Notes: generated by a model not told the origin, from the sequence alone. 64,000 nt of DNA from Ignavibacteria bacterium RIFOXYC2_FULL_35_21 (GCA_001804705.1 MHAY01000005.1:11433-75432); one strand, 5' to 3'. Shown: positions 1-10,390, numbered from the stretch's first letter. Numbers and translations are program-made.

Positions 1-294
1 GTTGATTGCATCTGCTATGTCTCCGGTTGGAGTGCCGCCACTGTTAGGTGAGAGGCAGTTCCAGAAAAATGTGTGGTTATAAACCTGTGCCGCATTATTG
101 AATATGCCGCCTTCAGCTTTTTTAATAATATTTTCTAGCGAGAGACTCTCAAACTGAGTTCCCGGGATAAGATTATTAAGGTTATTCACATAAGCAGCAT
201 GGTGCTTGCCGTAATGATAGTCTAATGTTTCCGGTGAAATAACCGGATTCAGCGAGTCCTTCGGAAAAGGAAGGGCAGGTAATTCGAATTTCAT
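1..294 (-). CDS. sodB: Fe/Mn superoxide dismutase, N-terminal part (runs off window start)
   Basis: Manual translation from ATG at 294: MKFELPALPFPKDSLNPVISPETLDYHYGKHHAAYVNNLN...GGIFNNAAQVYNHTFFWNCL. The HYGKHH and FNNAAQ motifs are typical of Fe-SOD. Not in the ORF track. Confidence 0.93.
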   Translation of the reverse strand, partial: MKFELPALPFPKDSLNPVISPETLDYHYGKHHAAYVNNLNNLIPGTQFESLSLENIIKKAEGGIFNNAAQVYNHTFFWNCLSPNSGGTPTGDIADAIN

Positions 295-482
295 AATTCC
301 TCCTTTTATTATTGTTGAATGATAAAATTGGTTTCTTTTCGTTATGGTTTTTGCCCCCTTTTTCAAAGGGGGATTAAGGGGGTTTTTATTATCCCTATAT
401 TAATTTTCTCGAATAAGTTCAGAATAGTTATAAATAAATATCCTTTTTTATTCACTATTCACTATTCATTGTTCATTGAATT

Positions 483-875
483 TCATCCATGGCAACCGCA
501 GGTCATACTGCTGTTCGGCGATAGGAATGAAAATCCCTTACCTTGTTCATCGTCAATGAAATCTATTGTAACTCCCATCATGTAAAACAGGCTCTTTGCA
601 TCAATTACAATCCTGAGATTGCTTGATGTAAATACCCTGTCCTCTTCGCCCATTCTTGCATCAAATCCCAAAACATAGCTCATACCCGAACAGCCGCCGC
701 CTTTGGTTCCTATTCTTAGAAAATACCCATCTGGAACTTTGCTTGTCTCAAGAATATTATGTATCTCATCTATCGCTGACTTCGAGATTAATATATCTTC
801 TTCGGCATCAGCTCCGCTGACGCCTGTTGCTATTCTTTCGTAATCAACCATCGTTTCTGTCATAGTATCAGTCAT
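483..875 (-). CDS. iscA: HesB/IscA-family A-type Fe-S carrier protein
   Basis: GGGCSGMSY motif and C-terminal TCGC. Confidence 0.9.
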   Translation of the reverse strand: MTDTMTETMVDYERIATGVSGADAEEDILISKSAIDEIHNILETSKVPDGYFLRIGTKGGGCSGMSYVLGFDARMGEEDRVFTSSNLRIVIDAKSLFYMMGVTIDFIDDEQGKGFSFLSPNSSMTCGCHG

Positions 876-896
876 ATTATTCCCTTCATAAAAATT

Positions 897-1193
897 CTAA
901 ACATCATAATCAACGTAAACATCATCTGTCAAGGGATGTGACTGGCATGTCAGAACATAACCTTCTTCGATTTCATCATCCGTCAATCCGTCCCTTTCCT
1001 CCATTTCTACTTTTCCACTTTTTAGCATAGCCCGACAGGTCGTGCAAATACCTATCTGGCAGCTAAACGGAGGGTCAAGCCCTTCGTTCATAGCCGCTTG
1101 CAGTATTGTCTCATCAGGTTCAACATCGAAGCTATGCTCCTCTGCGTATAACTTTATTTTTACAGTTCTTTTCTGAAATTCTAAATCCGACAT
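897..1193 (-). CDS. Plant-type 2Fe-2S ferredoxin
   Basis: PFSCQIGICTTC...VLTCQSHP pattern. Confidence 0.92.
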   Translation of the reverse strand: MSDLEFQKRTVKIKLYAEEHSFDVEPDETILQAAMNEGLDPPFSCQIGICTTCRAMLKSGKVEMEERDGLTDDEIEEGYVLTCQSHPLTDDVYVDYDV

Positions 1194-1255
1194 TAATTAT
1201 CGTCTTTTATTTTGATTTCTATATGACTGATTTATTGTGGAATAATTGTATGAAT

Positions 1256-4200
1256 TTATCGTAATATAAAATATGGCAGTATTTTCTTAATTTCACCCGA
1301 AATAATCTGTATGAAATAGGCACCGGAAGCAAATTTGTCAATCTCAAAATTCACCTTGTAATTTCGGTATTGCACACCCTCAACTGAGATTTTATTTTGA
1401 TATATATTGGTTGCTGATGAAATAATATTTCCAATATTATCGAGAAATTTGCAGTCAAAGTCATTTTCAAAATCAATATCTGTTTGTATATCAATATTCA
1501 CAATTGTATTTCCTGGATTAGGATATGGATTGCTTACTACCACATTTTTCCATGCACCAAGTGTTTTAACTTTAATAGTAATATTACAACCACTCATCCC
1601 ACTGTAAAAAGCAGTGTCTCCGATTGCCTTAACAGGAATAGTCAATGTGTCACATAAATCATTTAATTTAAGAGTATCCCATTGCTCACCAAGCGCAGAT
1701 GGTAGATAGCATAGTTCAAGCTCCTGTCTTTCTCCTGCAGGAATGATTATCGGTAACTGCGATTGAGGAATTGAAAACTCAATGTTCCTGAACAGTCTTA
1801 CATAATCCAAAATTAACTCCTGAGCCCCGATATTTTGGAGTAATACTTTAATACATTTCAGGTTCCCAAATTCAGATTTACCAACATATACCTTTCCACT
1901 ATCTAAAGGATAAAGTACTATTAGATAATCAGGACGGCTGTAAATCACACCACTAAAGTCAACAGATTTACTTGAAGCAGAACAATAGACGGTTATGGTA
2001 AAATATCCATTCTCTAATGGGTCTATAAGCGTGATAGTAATATGTACAAGGCGTGACGGCAGATTCTCAATAACAGTAATTTTTACATTAACATTTTTTG
2101 TACCTGAAAGTTCGACACGGTTAATATAATTACTGTCTGCTACTGTAATATAATAATTATTGCAGTCGAATGAAGTATCAATTATTTGCGAAGCCTTGTT
2201 TTCATAAGCCAGTCCGTGAATAGGCAGAAATAGTGTATCACAAAGATTTTTTAGGTATAAAGTATCTGTGAATATACCTGTAATGCCGGAACTGAAGCAA
2301 ATTGTTAACTGTTTCTGCTGATTCGGAGGAATAACCATAGGTAATTGATTTCCCGGAATAGAAAATTCAGTATTAAAATAAAACATAGCAGAATCAACAG
2401 TTATATACTCATTACCTGTATTTTCAATAATAAGATTTATACATTTTGTTGCATTTACTATTGTATCAACTATAAAAGTTACATTAGGCGGAGCAGGAAA
2501 GCTTACGTTAAGGAATGTAAGGTCGCCATGAATAGTTCCGCTTATATCAGTTGTTAAGCCGGTATTATTGCAATAACATGTTACATTGAAATATCCATTA
2601 TTCCTTGGGTCAATCAAAGAAACCTTAACATGTACAACCATTGCAGGCAGAGGCTCGACAACTGAAATCGCAACATTTTTATTATTTGGCCCCGTCAGTT
2701 CAACTAAGTCAATTAAGTAGGAGTCCGTAACCGTGAAATAATAATTAAAACAATCCTGGCTCGTATCGGAAATCAACGGTGGTTTGTCCGCAAGGCCTCT
2801 TCCTCGTATTGGGATAACGATGCTGTCGCAAATATCCCTAAGATATAAGGTATCATTGAAAACACCTTGCTTTGTCGGCAAAAAGCAAATTCTTAGTGTT
2901 CTTTGCTGTCCGTAAGGTATGGTTAATGGCAACTGTCCGGCAGGAATATAAAATTCAGATTTTGTTACAAGACTTGCCGAATCAATACTTATGTCATCGA
3001 ATCCTTCATTTCTTATTTCAACATCAACGCATTTAACCGTGTTTATTGCTGTATCGCCAAGGTCTATCGAACCATTTTTTATTGGCGAAACAACTCTGAG
3101 GTAATAAATATTATTATAAATTGTATCGCTTATGTCAACGGATAATCCCGTTTTATTGCTTGTGCAGGTAACGGTGAAATAGCCGTTCAACTTTGGGTCA
3201 ATGAGCGACACTACTACATGCACAACACTTGCAGGAAGCGTTTCGATGGTTGACACCTTTACATTCTGATTATCAAATCCTGTCAACTCAACCCTGTCAA
3301 TCAAATTCGAATCTGAAACGGTGAAGTAAAAATTATCGCAGTCGGAACTGATATTAAATATAAGAGGAGGTATAATGAAAACAGAATCCATAAGAATTTC
3401 GACAGAGTTCAGGCTATGATTTTGATTATCGTTACCACCAATTGCCAGAACGACATTTTTACTCGGATTATAAGGGTCAGGCAGAGTAACCGCCGCAAAA
3501 TTATATCTTGCAAAATTCAAGTCGGGAGCAGTACTTGCAACATTTGAAGTTATATTATACCAATCGCATTTTCTTGTGCAACTATTATAGTCATAATAAC
3601 CCCCAATAACCAGAACAGAATCATTATTGTATTGAACCATTGGAAATCGAAACCTTCCGGTTAAAACTTTACCTGAATTTGTAAACCGTCCATTATTTTC
3701 AATATATACTTCATCAGATACGATTGCTGGATTATCATGAAAGATACCACCAATTATTAACAATCTACTATCCAAGAGTTTAATCATTGTTGGCATATTA
3801 ATTTGACTCCTGACTGAATCAATAATATTCCATTTGTCATTGATTATATCATATTCAAAAATATATTTGCTTCTATTACTATTTGTACCGGCTTCTCTTC
3901 CGCCTAATGTAATTATTTTACTTTGAGATGTAGTCCCACAGACAGCATCGCTTGTTGGAAATGGAAAAGGATTCACTAACCTGCTTTGGCCTGTATTAAT
4001 ATTAAAAATTTCGATATTATTAATTACTGTTTGGTCGCCTAATCTACCACCAACAATAATAATTTCATGGTCATTTAAAAATTCAGCACAGTGTTGCCAT
4101 CTTGCAATCTCTAAATATCCTATAATTCTCCATGACCGTGTTGATTTGTCAAATAATTCAACAGCAGAGGTTAATTGATCAAAACCAGAATTACAACCAC

Positions 4201-4570
4201 TGATAACAATTATATTAGTGTCTTTTGTTACAAGAGTTGCAAAGTAACCTCTTGAAAAATTCATCGGAGGGCCTGGTTTTATTGTATCATTTAAAACATC
4301 AATTATTTCACATGTTGGTAAATCACCATTTAAATTAGTATTATCATAACCTCCAATTACAAGTACTTCAGTTTTACTTATAGCTACTGCACTGTGTAAT
4401 TGACGGTGAGCATTTAGATTTCCAAAAATTTTCCATTTAAGATTTGATAATAATTCTTGAGGTAATAAAAAGGCTTGAATCAAAATCATGAATAATATTA
4501 AAAAGTAAGAAGGAGCCTTTATTAAGGAATGTATGTTTATATACCTAATATTTTGACAATTAAATTTCAT
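1256..4570 (-). CDS. Secreted kelch beta-propeller protein with three ~200-aa Ig-like (choice-of-anchor D-like) modules and a T9SS-type C-terminal domain
   Basis: Kelch GG motifs (VLVIGG, IIIVGG, LLIIGG); three repeats of S.DC.N.Y.TV.DS..I..VEL.G; C-terminal PYPNP...SGAYFIQI. Confidence 0.8.
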   Translation of the reverse strand: MKFNCQNIRYINIHSLIKAPSYFLILFMILIQAFLLPQELLSNLKWKIFGNLNAHRQLHSAVAISKTEVLVIGGYDNTNLNGDLPTCEIIDVLNDTIKPGPPMNFSRGYFATLVTKDTNIIVISGCNSGFDQLTSAVELFDKSTRSWRIIGYLEIARWQHCAEFLNDHEIIIVGGRLGDQTVINNIEIFNINTGQSRLVNPFPFPTSDAVCGTTSQSKIITLGGREAGTNSNRSKYIFEYDIINDKWNIIDSVRSQINMPTMIKLLDSRLLIIGGIFHDNPAIVSDEVYIENNGRFTNSGKVLTGRFRFPMVQYNNDSVLVIGGYYDYNSCTRKCDWYNITSNVASTAPDLNFARYNFAAVTLPDPYNPSKNVVLAIGGNDNQNHSLNSVEILMDSVFIIPPLIFNISSDCDNFYFTVSDSNLIDRVELTGFDNQNVKVSTIETLPASVVHVVVSLIDPKLNGYFTVTCTSNKTGLSVDISDTIYNNIYYLRVVSPIKNGSIDLGDTAINTVKCVDVEIRNEGFDDISIDSASLVTKSEFYIPAGQLPLTIPYGQQRTLRICFLPTKQGVFNDTLYLRDICDSIVIPIRGRGLADKPPLISDTSQDCFNYYFTVTDSYLIDLVELTGPNNKNVAISVVEPLPAMVVHVKVSLIDPRNNGYFNVTCYCNNTGLTTDISGTIHGDLTFLNVSFPAPPNVTFIVDTIVNATKCINLIIENTGNEYITVDSAMFYFNTEFSIPGNQLPMVIPPNQQKQLTICFSSGITGIFTDTLYLKNLCDTLFLPIHGLAYENKASQIIDTSFDCNNYYITVADSNYINRVELSGTKNVNVKITVIENLPSRLVHITITLIDPLENGYFTITVYCSASSKSVDFSGVIYSRPDYLIVLYPLDSGKVYVGKSEFGNLKCIKVLLQNIGAQELILDYVRLFRNIEFSIPQSQLPIIIPAGERQELELCYLPSALGEQWDTLKLNDLCDTLTIPVKAIGDTAFYSGMSGCNITIKVKTLGAWKNVVVSNPYPNPGNTIVNIDIQTDIDFENDFDCKFLDNIGNIISSATNIYQNKISVEGVQYRNYKVNFEIDKFASGAYFIQIISGEIKKILPYFILR

Positions 4571-6693
4571 TTCATAACAAAATACGGAAAAATTCTTTTT
4601 CCGTCAATAGTTTCAACGACAATAAAATACATTCCGGTTGATATATCCTTCAAATTGAAACTGTATTCTTTCTCCATTTGTTCAATACTTCCGGTTTGCC
4701 ATCTGTTTTTTTCAATCACATCTGAATTTTTTATAAGTTCGCCCTTATAATCATATAAATAACACTTAACTGAAAATTCAGAGTTTTCAGTTACATTTAT
4801 CGAAACAATTTCACTGCCGGGATTAGGGTAGGGATCACCGATTTTTATATAATTACCGGGTATAAGTGTCTTGCCTTTTATCGGAATGGTACACTTACTG
4901 TTCCCGGTATAAAACACAGTATCGCCAATTGCAATTACAGGTAATCTCAATGTGTCGCATAAATCCCTGAGAGATAATGTGTCATATTCCCAATCGAGAG
5001 ATGATGGCAGGTAGCACAATTCAAGTTCCGCTGTGTCACTTGCCGGTATTTTCAAAGGTAATTGGTATTGTGGAATAGAAAATTCAATGTTTCTGTCGAG
5101 CCTGACAAAATCCAGTATAAACTCTTCCGAACCTGTATTATAGATTAAAACCTTGACACACTTTAAAGTACCTGCATCTGTTTTACCAACAATTATTTTT
5201 CCGCTATCGAGAGGTGCAAGAACTTTTAAAACGGAAGGATTGCTGTTAATGGTATCGCTGACATCAATATATTTACCTGTAGCATAGCAGTAGCATCGGA
5301 CATTAAATAATCCATTCTGATTTTGGTCTATCAATGATATTTTTACTCGCACAACTTTAGAAGGAAGTGTGTCTTGAACAGCAATTTTAACATTATAGAA
5401 ATTGCCAAATAATTCAACTTTGTTGATTCCGTTTACATCAGTAACGGTGAAGTAAAAATTATCGCAATCGAAGGAAGATTGAGTGAGTTTTGGTGGTGGT
5501 GGTTGATATTCAATCGAATCAACTAATATCTCAACAGAACTAATAGCTTTTGAATTATTATCTCTTCCACCAATAGCAACTAATATTCTATCCCATGGTC
5601 TTTTCGGATTTCGCATTGAAACAAGGTTAAACATACTCCTGCCAAAATTTAAAGATGGTCCAAATGATGTTGACCTTGTATTTAAATTATACCATTCACA
5701 TCTTGTTATATTTGTTTCATCATTTTCAAATCCACCTACAATTAAAACCGAATCATTATTATATTGTGCTAATTGATGCCAATGTCTTTTTGTAAACATA
5801 TTACCCGATAAAATAAATCTATCATTAGATTCAATATTAATATCATCAGAATTGGTAACAGGATTTTCTTTTAAACTACCACCCGTGATAATAACTTTAT
5901 TATCCCATAGTTTTAACATAGAAGGGTATTGAACATCAGCATTTAAATTGCTGTAAATACTCCAAAAATTAGCCGATTCATCATAAGTATAAACAATATT
6001 AGTTCTTGTGCTATTTTCACCTGCTTCTCTACCCCCGAAGAATATATTTTTATCGGTACTGGTAGTTGAGCTTAAACAATCGCAAGTTGGTACTGGAAAA
6101 ACAGATGAAGCTCTTCCTAAGCCGGTATTAATATCATATATCTCAGTTTCATTTGTACCTGCACTTCCACCCGTTCTACCACCTACAATGATTATTTCAT
6201 GATCGTTAATAAATTCAGCACAAAATTGTTGTCTTCCCGTTCTAATAGGTCCCATTGTTTGCCAACTTCTTGTCTTTCTATCAAATATGTCACATAATCG
6301 AGTATTTGCGCCATTACTTGAATTGTTACAACCACTAATTACAATTATATTTGAATCTTTTAACATTAATGCATTAAATAAATATCTTTGTGTTTTCATA
6401 AAAGGACCAGATATAATAGTATCATTAGCTAAGTCAATAATTTCACAAGATGACATAGCATAATTATTAATACCTGAATTATTCCAGCCACCTATAACTA
6501 AAATTTCTGTGTCACTAATTGGAAAAGCTCTTGAATGTTGTCTGGGTATTTTAAGGTCGCCAAAAATTTTCCATACTTTTTCTGCTTGAATACAGTTGGC
6601 AGAGCATAGGAAAGTAATTAATAAAAAATATGGATAAAGACAATTTTTAATTCTAATGAGAATTTCACTTTTAACAAGAATAGAAATATTCAT
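4567..6693 (-). CDS. Paralogous kelch propeller / single Ig module / T9SS-type protein
   Basis: Same architecture as 1256..4570 with one module; PYPNP...TGMYFIVV; ATGA overlap with the downstream paralog. Confidence 0.8.
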   Translation of the reverse strand: MNISILVKSEILIRIKNCLYPYFLLITFLCSANCIQAEKVWKIFGDLKIPRQHSRAFPISDTEILVIGGWNNSGINNYAMSSCEIIDLANDTIISGPFMKTQRYLFNALMLKDSNIIVISGCNNSSNGANTRLCDIFDRKTRSWQTMGPIRTGRQQFCAEFINDHEIIIVGGRTGGSAGTNETEIYDINTGLGRASSVFPVPTCDCLSSTTSTDKNIFFGGREAGENSTRTNIVYTYDESANFWSIYSNLNADVQYPSMLKLWDNKVIITGGSLKENPVTNSDDINIESNDRFILSGNMFTKRHWHQLAQYNNDSVLIVGGFENDETNITRCEWYNLNTRSTSFGPSLNFGRSMFNLVSMRNPKRPWDRILVAIGGRDNNSKAISSVEILVDSIEYQPPPPKLTQSSFDCDNFYFTVTDVNGINKVELFGNFYNVKIAVQDTLPSKVVRVKISLIDQNQNGLFNVRCYCYATGKYIDVSDTINSNPSVLKVLAPLDSGKIIVGKTDAGTLKCVKVLIYNTGSEEFILDFVRLDRNIEFSIPQYQLPLKIPASDTAELELCYLPSSLDWEYDTLSLRDLCDTLRLPVIAIGDTVFYTGNSKCTIPIKGKTLIPGNYIKIGDPYPNPGSEIVSINVTENSEFSVKCYLYDYKGELIKNSDVIEKNRWQTGSIEQMEKEYSFNLKDISTGMYFIVVETIDGKRIFPYFVMK

Positions 6694-6716
6694 TATTTTT
6701 ATTTGTATCTATTATT

Positions 6717-7607
6717 TCACATAATTATTTCGTTATAATAGTTCAAAGAATCATTGTGAATAAATACTACATTATCTGATATGTGTTCAATATCAATACT
6801 TACTTTGTTTAGAAATCCCTTTTCGTTTATAATATACGAAGAATAGTTGAATTCATTGTGCATCATTTTCTTAAAATCAGAGGTGGTCATATTTTTTAAC
6901 TTCTGTAATTCAGATACTAGCTCCAAAATTAGAACAGGTTTTTTATCTCTAAGAATATTTTTCATCCCATTAACAACATCTATTTCAGCACCCTCAACAT
7001 CAATTTTTACTAAATCTATTTTATATATTTTATTTTGAATGACAAAGTCATCTAAAATTATAGCTTCAATTTCTTCAAAATTTTCGGATAATGTATCTGT
7101 ATGGAGTAGTGTGCTATGAATACCTTGATTCTCATTTTTTGATAAATAAAGTTTGATAATTTTGTTATTATCAGATACTGCTAATTTATAAGGGTGAATA
7201 TTCTTAAATCCATTCAATTTTATATTTTCATTAAAAATTTCAAAATTTCTTTTCTCCGGTTCAAATCCATAAACTTTTCCCAAATCACCAATTATTTGTG
7301 CAAAAGTCAAAGACAAATACCCAACATTTGCACCTATATCAATAACGATATCTCCTTTTTTTAATGTCTTCTTTATAAATCTGATGGTTGGTAATTCATA
7401 TGAACCAAATAAATATAGATAAGATTGAAGAAATTCATTCAAATCAAGATCCATTTTAATTTTATTTCTCAACCTTGAAATTTTTCTAGTGCCTTTTGGG
7501 GGTGTAAGTTTAGGAAAGTAATATTTTGTTAAAATAGTATATTTTCCTCTTTCGATAGGATATAATCTTAATATTAATTTTAAAATTGTTCTAAGAAATG
7601 ATTTCAT
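6717..7607 (-). CDS. FkbM-family SAM-dependent methyltransferase
   Basis: VIDIGANVG, FEP and KIDVEGAE motifs. Confidence 0.9.
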   Translation of the reverse strand: MKSFLRTILKLILRLYPIERGKYTILTKYYFPKLTPPKGTRKISRLRNKIKMDLDLNEFLQSYLYLFGSYELPTIRFIKKTLKKGDIVIDIGANVGYLSLTFAQIIGDLGKVYGFEPEKRNFEIFNENIKLNGFKNIHPYKLAVSDNNKIIKLYLSKNENQGIHSTLLHTDTLSENFEEIEAIILDDFVIQNKIYKIDLVKIDVEGAEIDVVNGMKNILRDKKPVLILELVSELQKLKNMTTSDFKKMMHNEFNYSSYIINEKGFLNKVSIDIEHISDNVVFIHNDSLNYYNEIIM

Positions 7608-7648
7608 ACTTTACATTCAAATTGTTTATAATTCAAATGCAATTTACT

Positions 7649-7972
7649 TCACAAAAACCCTAATTCCAACATTGCGGCTTCGCTCATCATATTTCGGTCC
7701 CAAGGCGGGTCGAATGTTACGATTGCTTTGGCATCCTTTATACCTTCGATTTCCCTTACTTTATGTTCCACGTCTATTGGAATACTCATAGCTTCAGGGC
7801 AATTAGGTGCTGTCAGTGTCATAAGAATTACTGCCTCTCCATCGGCTGTGATTTGCACGTCATATATTAAACCGAGTTCAAAAATATTTATAGGAATCTC
7901 CGGGTCATAAACTGTCTTTATTGCCTCGAAAACCTGTGCTTTTAGTTCTTCTATATTTATGTTTTGTTCCAT
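7649..7972 (-). CDS. sufT: DUF59/SufT Fe-S assembly protein
   Basis: VYDPEIPINIFELGLIY, MTLTAPNCP, FDPPW motifs; suf context. Confidence 0.88.
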   Translation of the reverse strand: MEQNINIEELKAQVFEAIKTVYDPEIPINIFELGLIYDVQITADGEAVILMTLTAPNCPEAMSIPIDVEHKVREIEGIKDAKAIVTFDPPWDRNMMSEAAMLELGFL

Positions 7973-8089
7973 ATTTATTTAATTTTAATTCATAATCCGT
8001 AATTCGTAATTATCGATTTATATTACGCTTAATTAAAATAGATAAAAGCAAATATAAAATAGATAATAGAAAAGCTAAAAGAGTCGTCT

Positions 8090-8470
8090 TCATTTTCTAT
8101 TTCGTTTTGCAGTTACAAGTGAACTGCTGAATATTTTAATAAATTCATAACTTTCCTGTAAAAAGAATTTTAAATCAGCATGATCTTCATTGAGCAGTTT
8201 TGATTTTTTTATTAATCGTAGCCAATAATTTGATTCTCTCATCTCTTTTAACACCAATTGTGTTTTATGGATGAAATCGGCTTTGGATTCAGCAGCAACT
8301 GATTCTTCATAATTCGCACCTGATGAAGTTCCCGCACGAAATAGTTGTCCGTAAATATGTTTCCCGGCATATGTTTTGCAAAGTTGTCCTTCAACTTTTA
8401 TAATTCTAGCCGCAAACTCCAATAGCCGCTCTGATATATTTTCTCTAAAACTTTTTTTACTATTCTCCAT
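8090..8470 (-). CDS. Four-helix-bundle protein (23S rRNA IVS / bAvd-like family)
   Basis: QLFRAGTSSGANYEE...ESKADFIHK...KEMRESNYWLRL signature. Confidence 0.9.
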   Translation of the reverse strand: MENSKKSFRENISERLLEFAARIIKVEGQLCKTYAGKHIYGQLFRAGTSSGANYEESVAAESKADFIHKTQLVLKEMRESNYWLRLIKKSKLLNEDHADLKFFLQESYEFIKIFSSSLVTAKRNRK

Positions 8471-8482
8471 TTGTAATTACTT

Positions 8483-8671
8483 TTTTCTATTTTCTATTAT
8501 CATTTTTCTATTTTTATTATCATTTATCAATTTTCAATTATCATTTATCAATTTTCAATTATCAATTATCAATTTTCAATTATCTATTATCTATTATCAA
8601 TTTTCAATTATCTATTATCTATTATCTATTTTCTATTTCCTATTTTTTAATTGTGAATTGTAAATTGTTAA
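8483..8671. repeat. Degenerate 7-bp tandem array (TTATCAA/TTTTCAA/TTATCTA/TTTTCTA), roughly 25 units
   Basis: Direct reading; fills the spacer between the sufU stop and the four-helix-bundle start. Confidence 0.9.
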
Positions 8672-9130
8672 TTATTCAGTAACTACCACCTCACCCGTTT
8701 TATTCTCCAGCGCATTGAGGAGCGTATGCCATGCAAGGCTGGCACATTTCACGCGTGCCGGAAATTCCCTCACACCGCTGAACACTGCAAGCTTGCCGAG
8801 GCTTTCCTCATCAATTACCTTATCAGTGTCTGCAGTAACCACATCATGAAATTTGGTAAACAATTCCTTTGCTTCCTCAATCTTTTTCCCTTTCAACAGG
8901 GTAGTCATAATTGAAGCGGATGATTTGGATATAGCACAACCGGAGCCGATGAATTTAATATCGCTGATAGTATCGCCGTTGATGAGCAGGTATAATTCAA
9001 GCTGGTCGCCGCAAAGCGGATTATGACCCTTTGCAGTATGAGTCGGATGTTCAAGCTCGCCGAAATTTCTTGGGCTTTTATTATGGTCCAAAATCACCTG
9101 CTGGTACAAATCGTTTAATTCCGCATCCAT
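8672..9130 (-). CDS. sufU: SufU/NifU-type Fe-S assembly sulfur-transfer protein
   Basis: LYQQVILDH, NPLCGD, GCAISKSSAS, RVKCA. Confidence 0.93.
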   Translation of the reverse strand: MDAELNDLYQQVILDHNKSPRNFGELEHPTHTAKGHNPLCGDQLELYLLINGDTISDIKFIGSGCAISKSSASIMTTLLKGKKIEEAKELFTKFHDVVTADTDKVIDEESLGKLAVFSGVREFPARVKCASLAWHTLLNALENKTGEVVVTE

Positions 9131-9142
9131 CCTATATCCGAA

Positions 9143-10366
9143 TCAACTGAATAATTTAATAACATTTCTTAATGATTTAACGAAAACGTCAACTTCTTCT
9201 TTTAAATTGTAGAAAGCAAATGAAGCCCTCGAGGTTGCAGGAACATTGAATCTCCTCATAATCGGCTCTGTGCAATGATGTCCTGTCCTTATTGCAACAC
9301 CATCTCTGTCGAGAAAAGTTCCTATGTCATGAGGATGAATCCCATCGATAACAAAAGACAAAATGCTTGATTTTTCTTTTGCTGTACCTATTATTTTCAC
9401 TTCTTTAATTTCTGAAATTGCTTCTGTTGCGTATTTCAATACCTCTGATTCATAAGATGCTATGTTTTCAATTCCTATTTCCTGAATATACTTGATTGCC
9501 TCGGAAAGCCCTAAGACTCCTGCAATATGCGGTGTGCCTGCCTCGAATTTATACGGTATAGTATTAAATAAAGTTTTTTCAAATGTAACTGAAAGAATCA
9601 TATCGCCTCCTCCCTGGTAGGGTGGCATTTTTTCGAGCAATTCTTTTTTACCGTATAATATACCAATCCCAGTGGGACCATAAATCTTATGCCCTGAAAA
9701 GGCAAGAAAATCGCAGTCTAATTCCTGTACATTTATATTTGAGTGTTGAATTGACTGTGCCGCATCTACAAGCACAGGTATATTATATCTATGTGCTTTC
9801 TCTATTATTTTTTTTATAGGATTTACTGTACCAAGTGAATTTGAAATATGTACAACCGAAACAAATTTTGTTTTTTCATTAATCAACTTATCATATTCAC
9901 TCAACATTAATTCGCCATCATCTGTTATTGGCACTACCTTAAGCTTGGCACCCTTTTCTTCGCATAGCAATTGCCAGGGGACAATGTTGGAATGATGCTC
10001 CATGTGTGTTATTAATACTTCATCTCCTTCTTTTATATTTGTTCTGCCGTAAGAAGATGCAACGAGGTTGATTGACTCTGTTGTTCCCCGTGTAAAGATT
10101 ATTTCATTAGGACTTCTTGCATATATAAAATTTTGAATAAGTTTTCTCGTATCCTCATATTCTTTTGATACCGCTTCGCTCAGGTAATGCACTCCTCGAT
10201 GTACATTGCTGTTAAGATTTGTATAATAATGAATCAATTTTTCAATAACCGGGAGCGGTTTCTGAGTCGTTGCGGCATTATCGAAATATACAAGAGTCTT
10301 CCCGTTCACCATTTTACTGAGAATAGGGAAGTCCTGTCTAATTTTATTTACATCAAAATTTTGCAT
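9143..10366 (-). CDS. sufS: Cysteine desulfurase SufS
   Basis: YFDNAATTQKP, FSGHK (PLP lysine), RTGHHC. Confidence 0.96.
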   Translation of the reverse strand: MQNFDVNKIRQDFPILSKMVNGKTLVYFDNAATTQKPLPVIEKLIHYYTNLNSNVHRGVHYLSEAVSKEYEDTRKLIQNFIYARSPNEIIFTRGTTESINLVASSYGRTNIKEGDEVLITHMEHHSNIVPWQLLCEEKGAKLKVVPITDDGELMLSEYDKLINEKTKFVSVVHISNSLGTVNPIKKIIEKAHRYNIPVLVDAAQSIQHSNINVQELDCDFLAFSGHKIYGPTGIGILYGKKELLEKMPPYQGGGDMILSVTFEKTLFNTIPYKFEAGTPHIAGVLGLSEAIKYIQEIGIENIASYESEVLKYATEAISEIKEVKIIGTAKEKSSILSFVIDGIHPHDIGTFLDRDGVAIRTGHHCTEPIMRRFNVPATSRASFAFYNLKEEVDVFVKSLRNVIKLFS

Positions 10367-10390
10367 AAAATTCTACTGAAATTCTTTAAA

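Noticed and set aside
8090..8470. Four-helix-bundle protein as the Avd of a diversity-generating retroelement
   Set aside because: No reverse transcriptase and no adenine-specific TR/VR pair in the window.
8376..8663. ORF 8376..8663, and similar repeat-derived ORFs 319..585, 18450..18653, 26555..26797, 28351..28545, 33019..33279
   Set aside because: Translations of heptamer/REP DNA or shadows of real genes.
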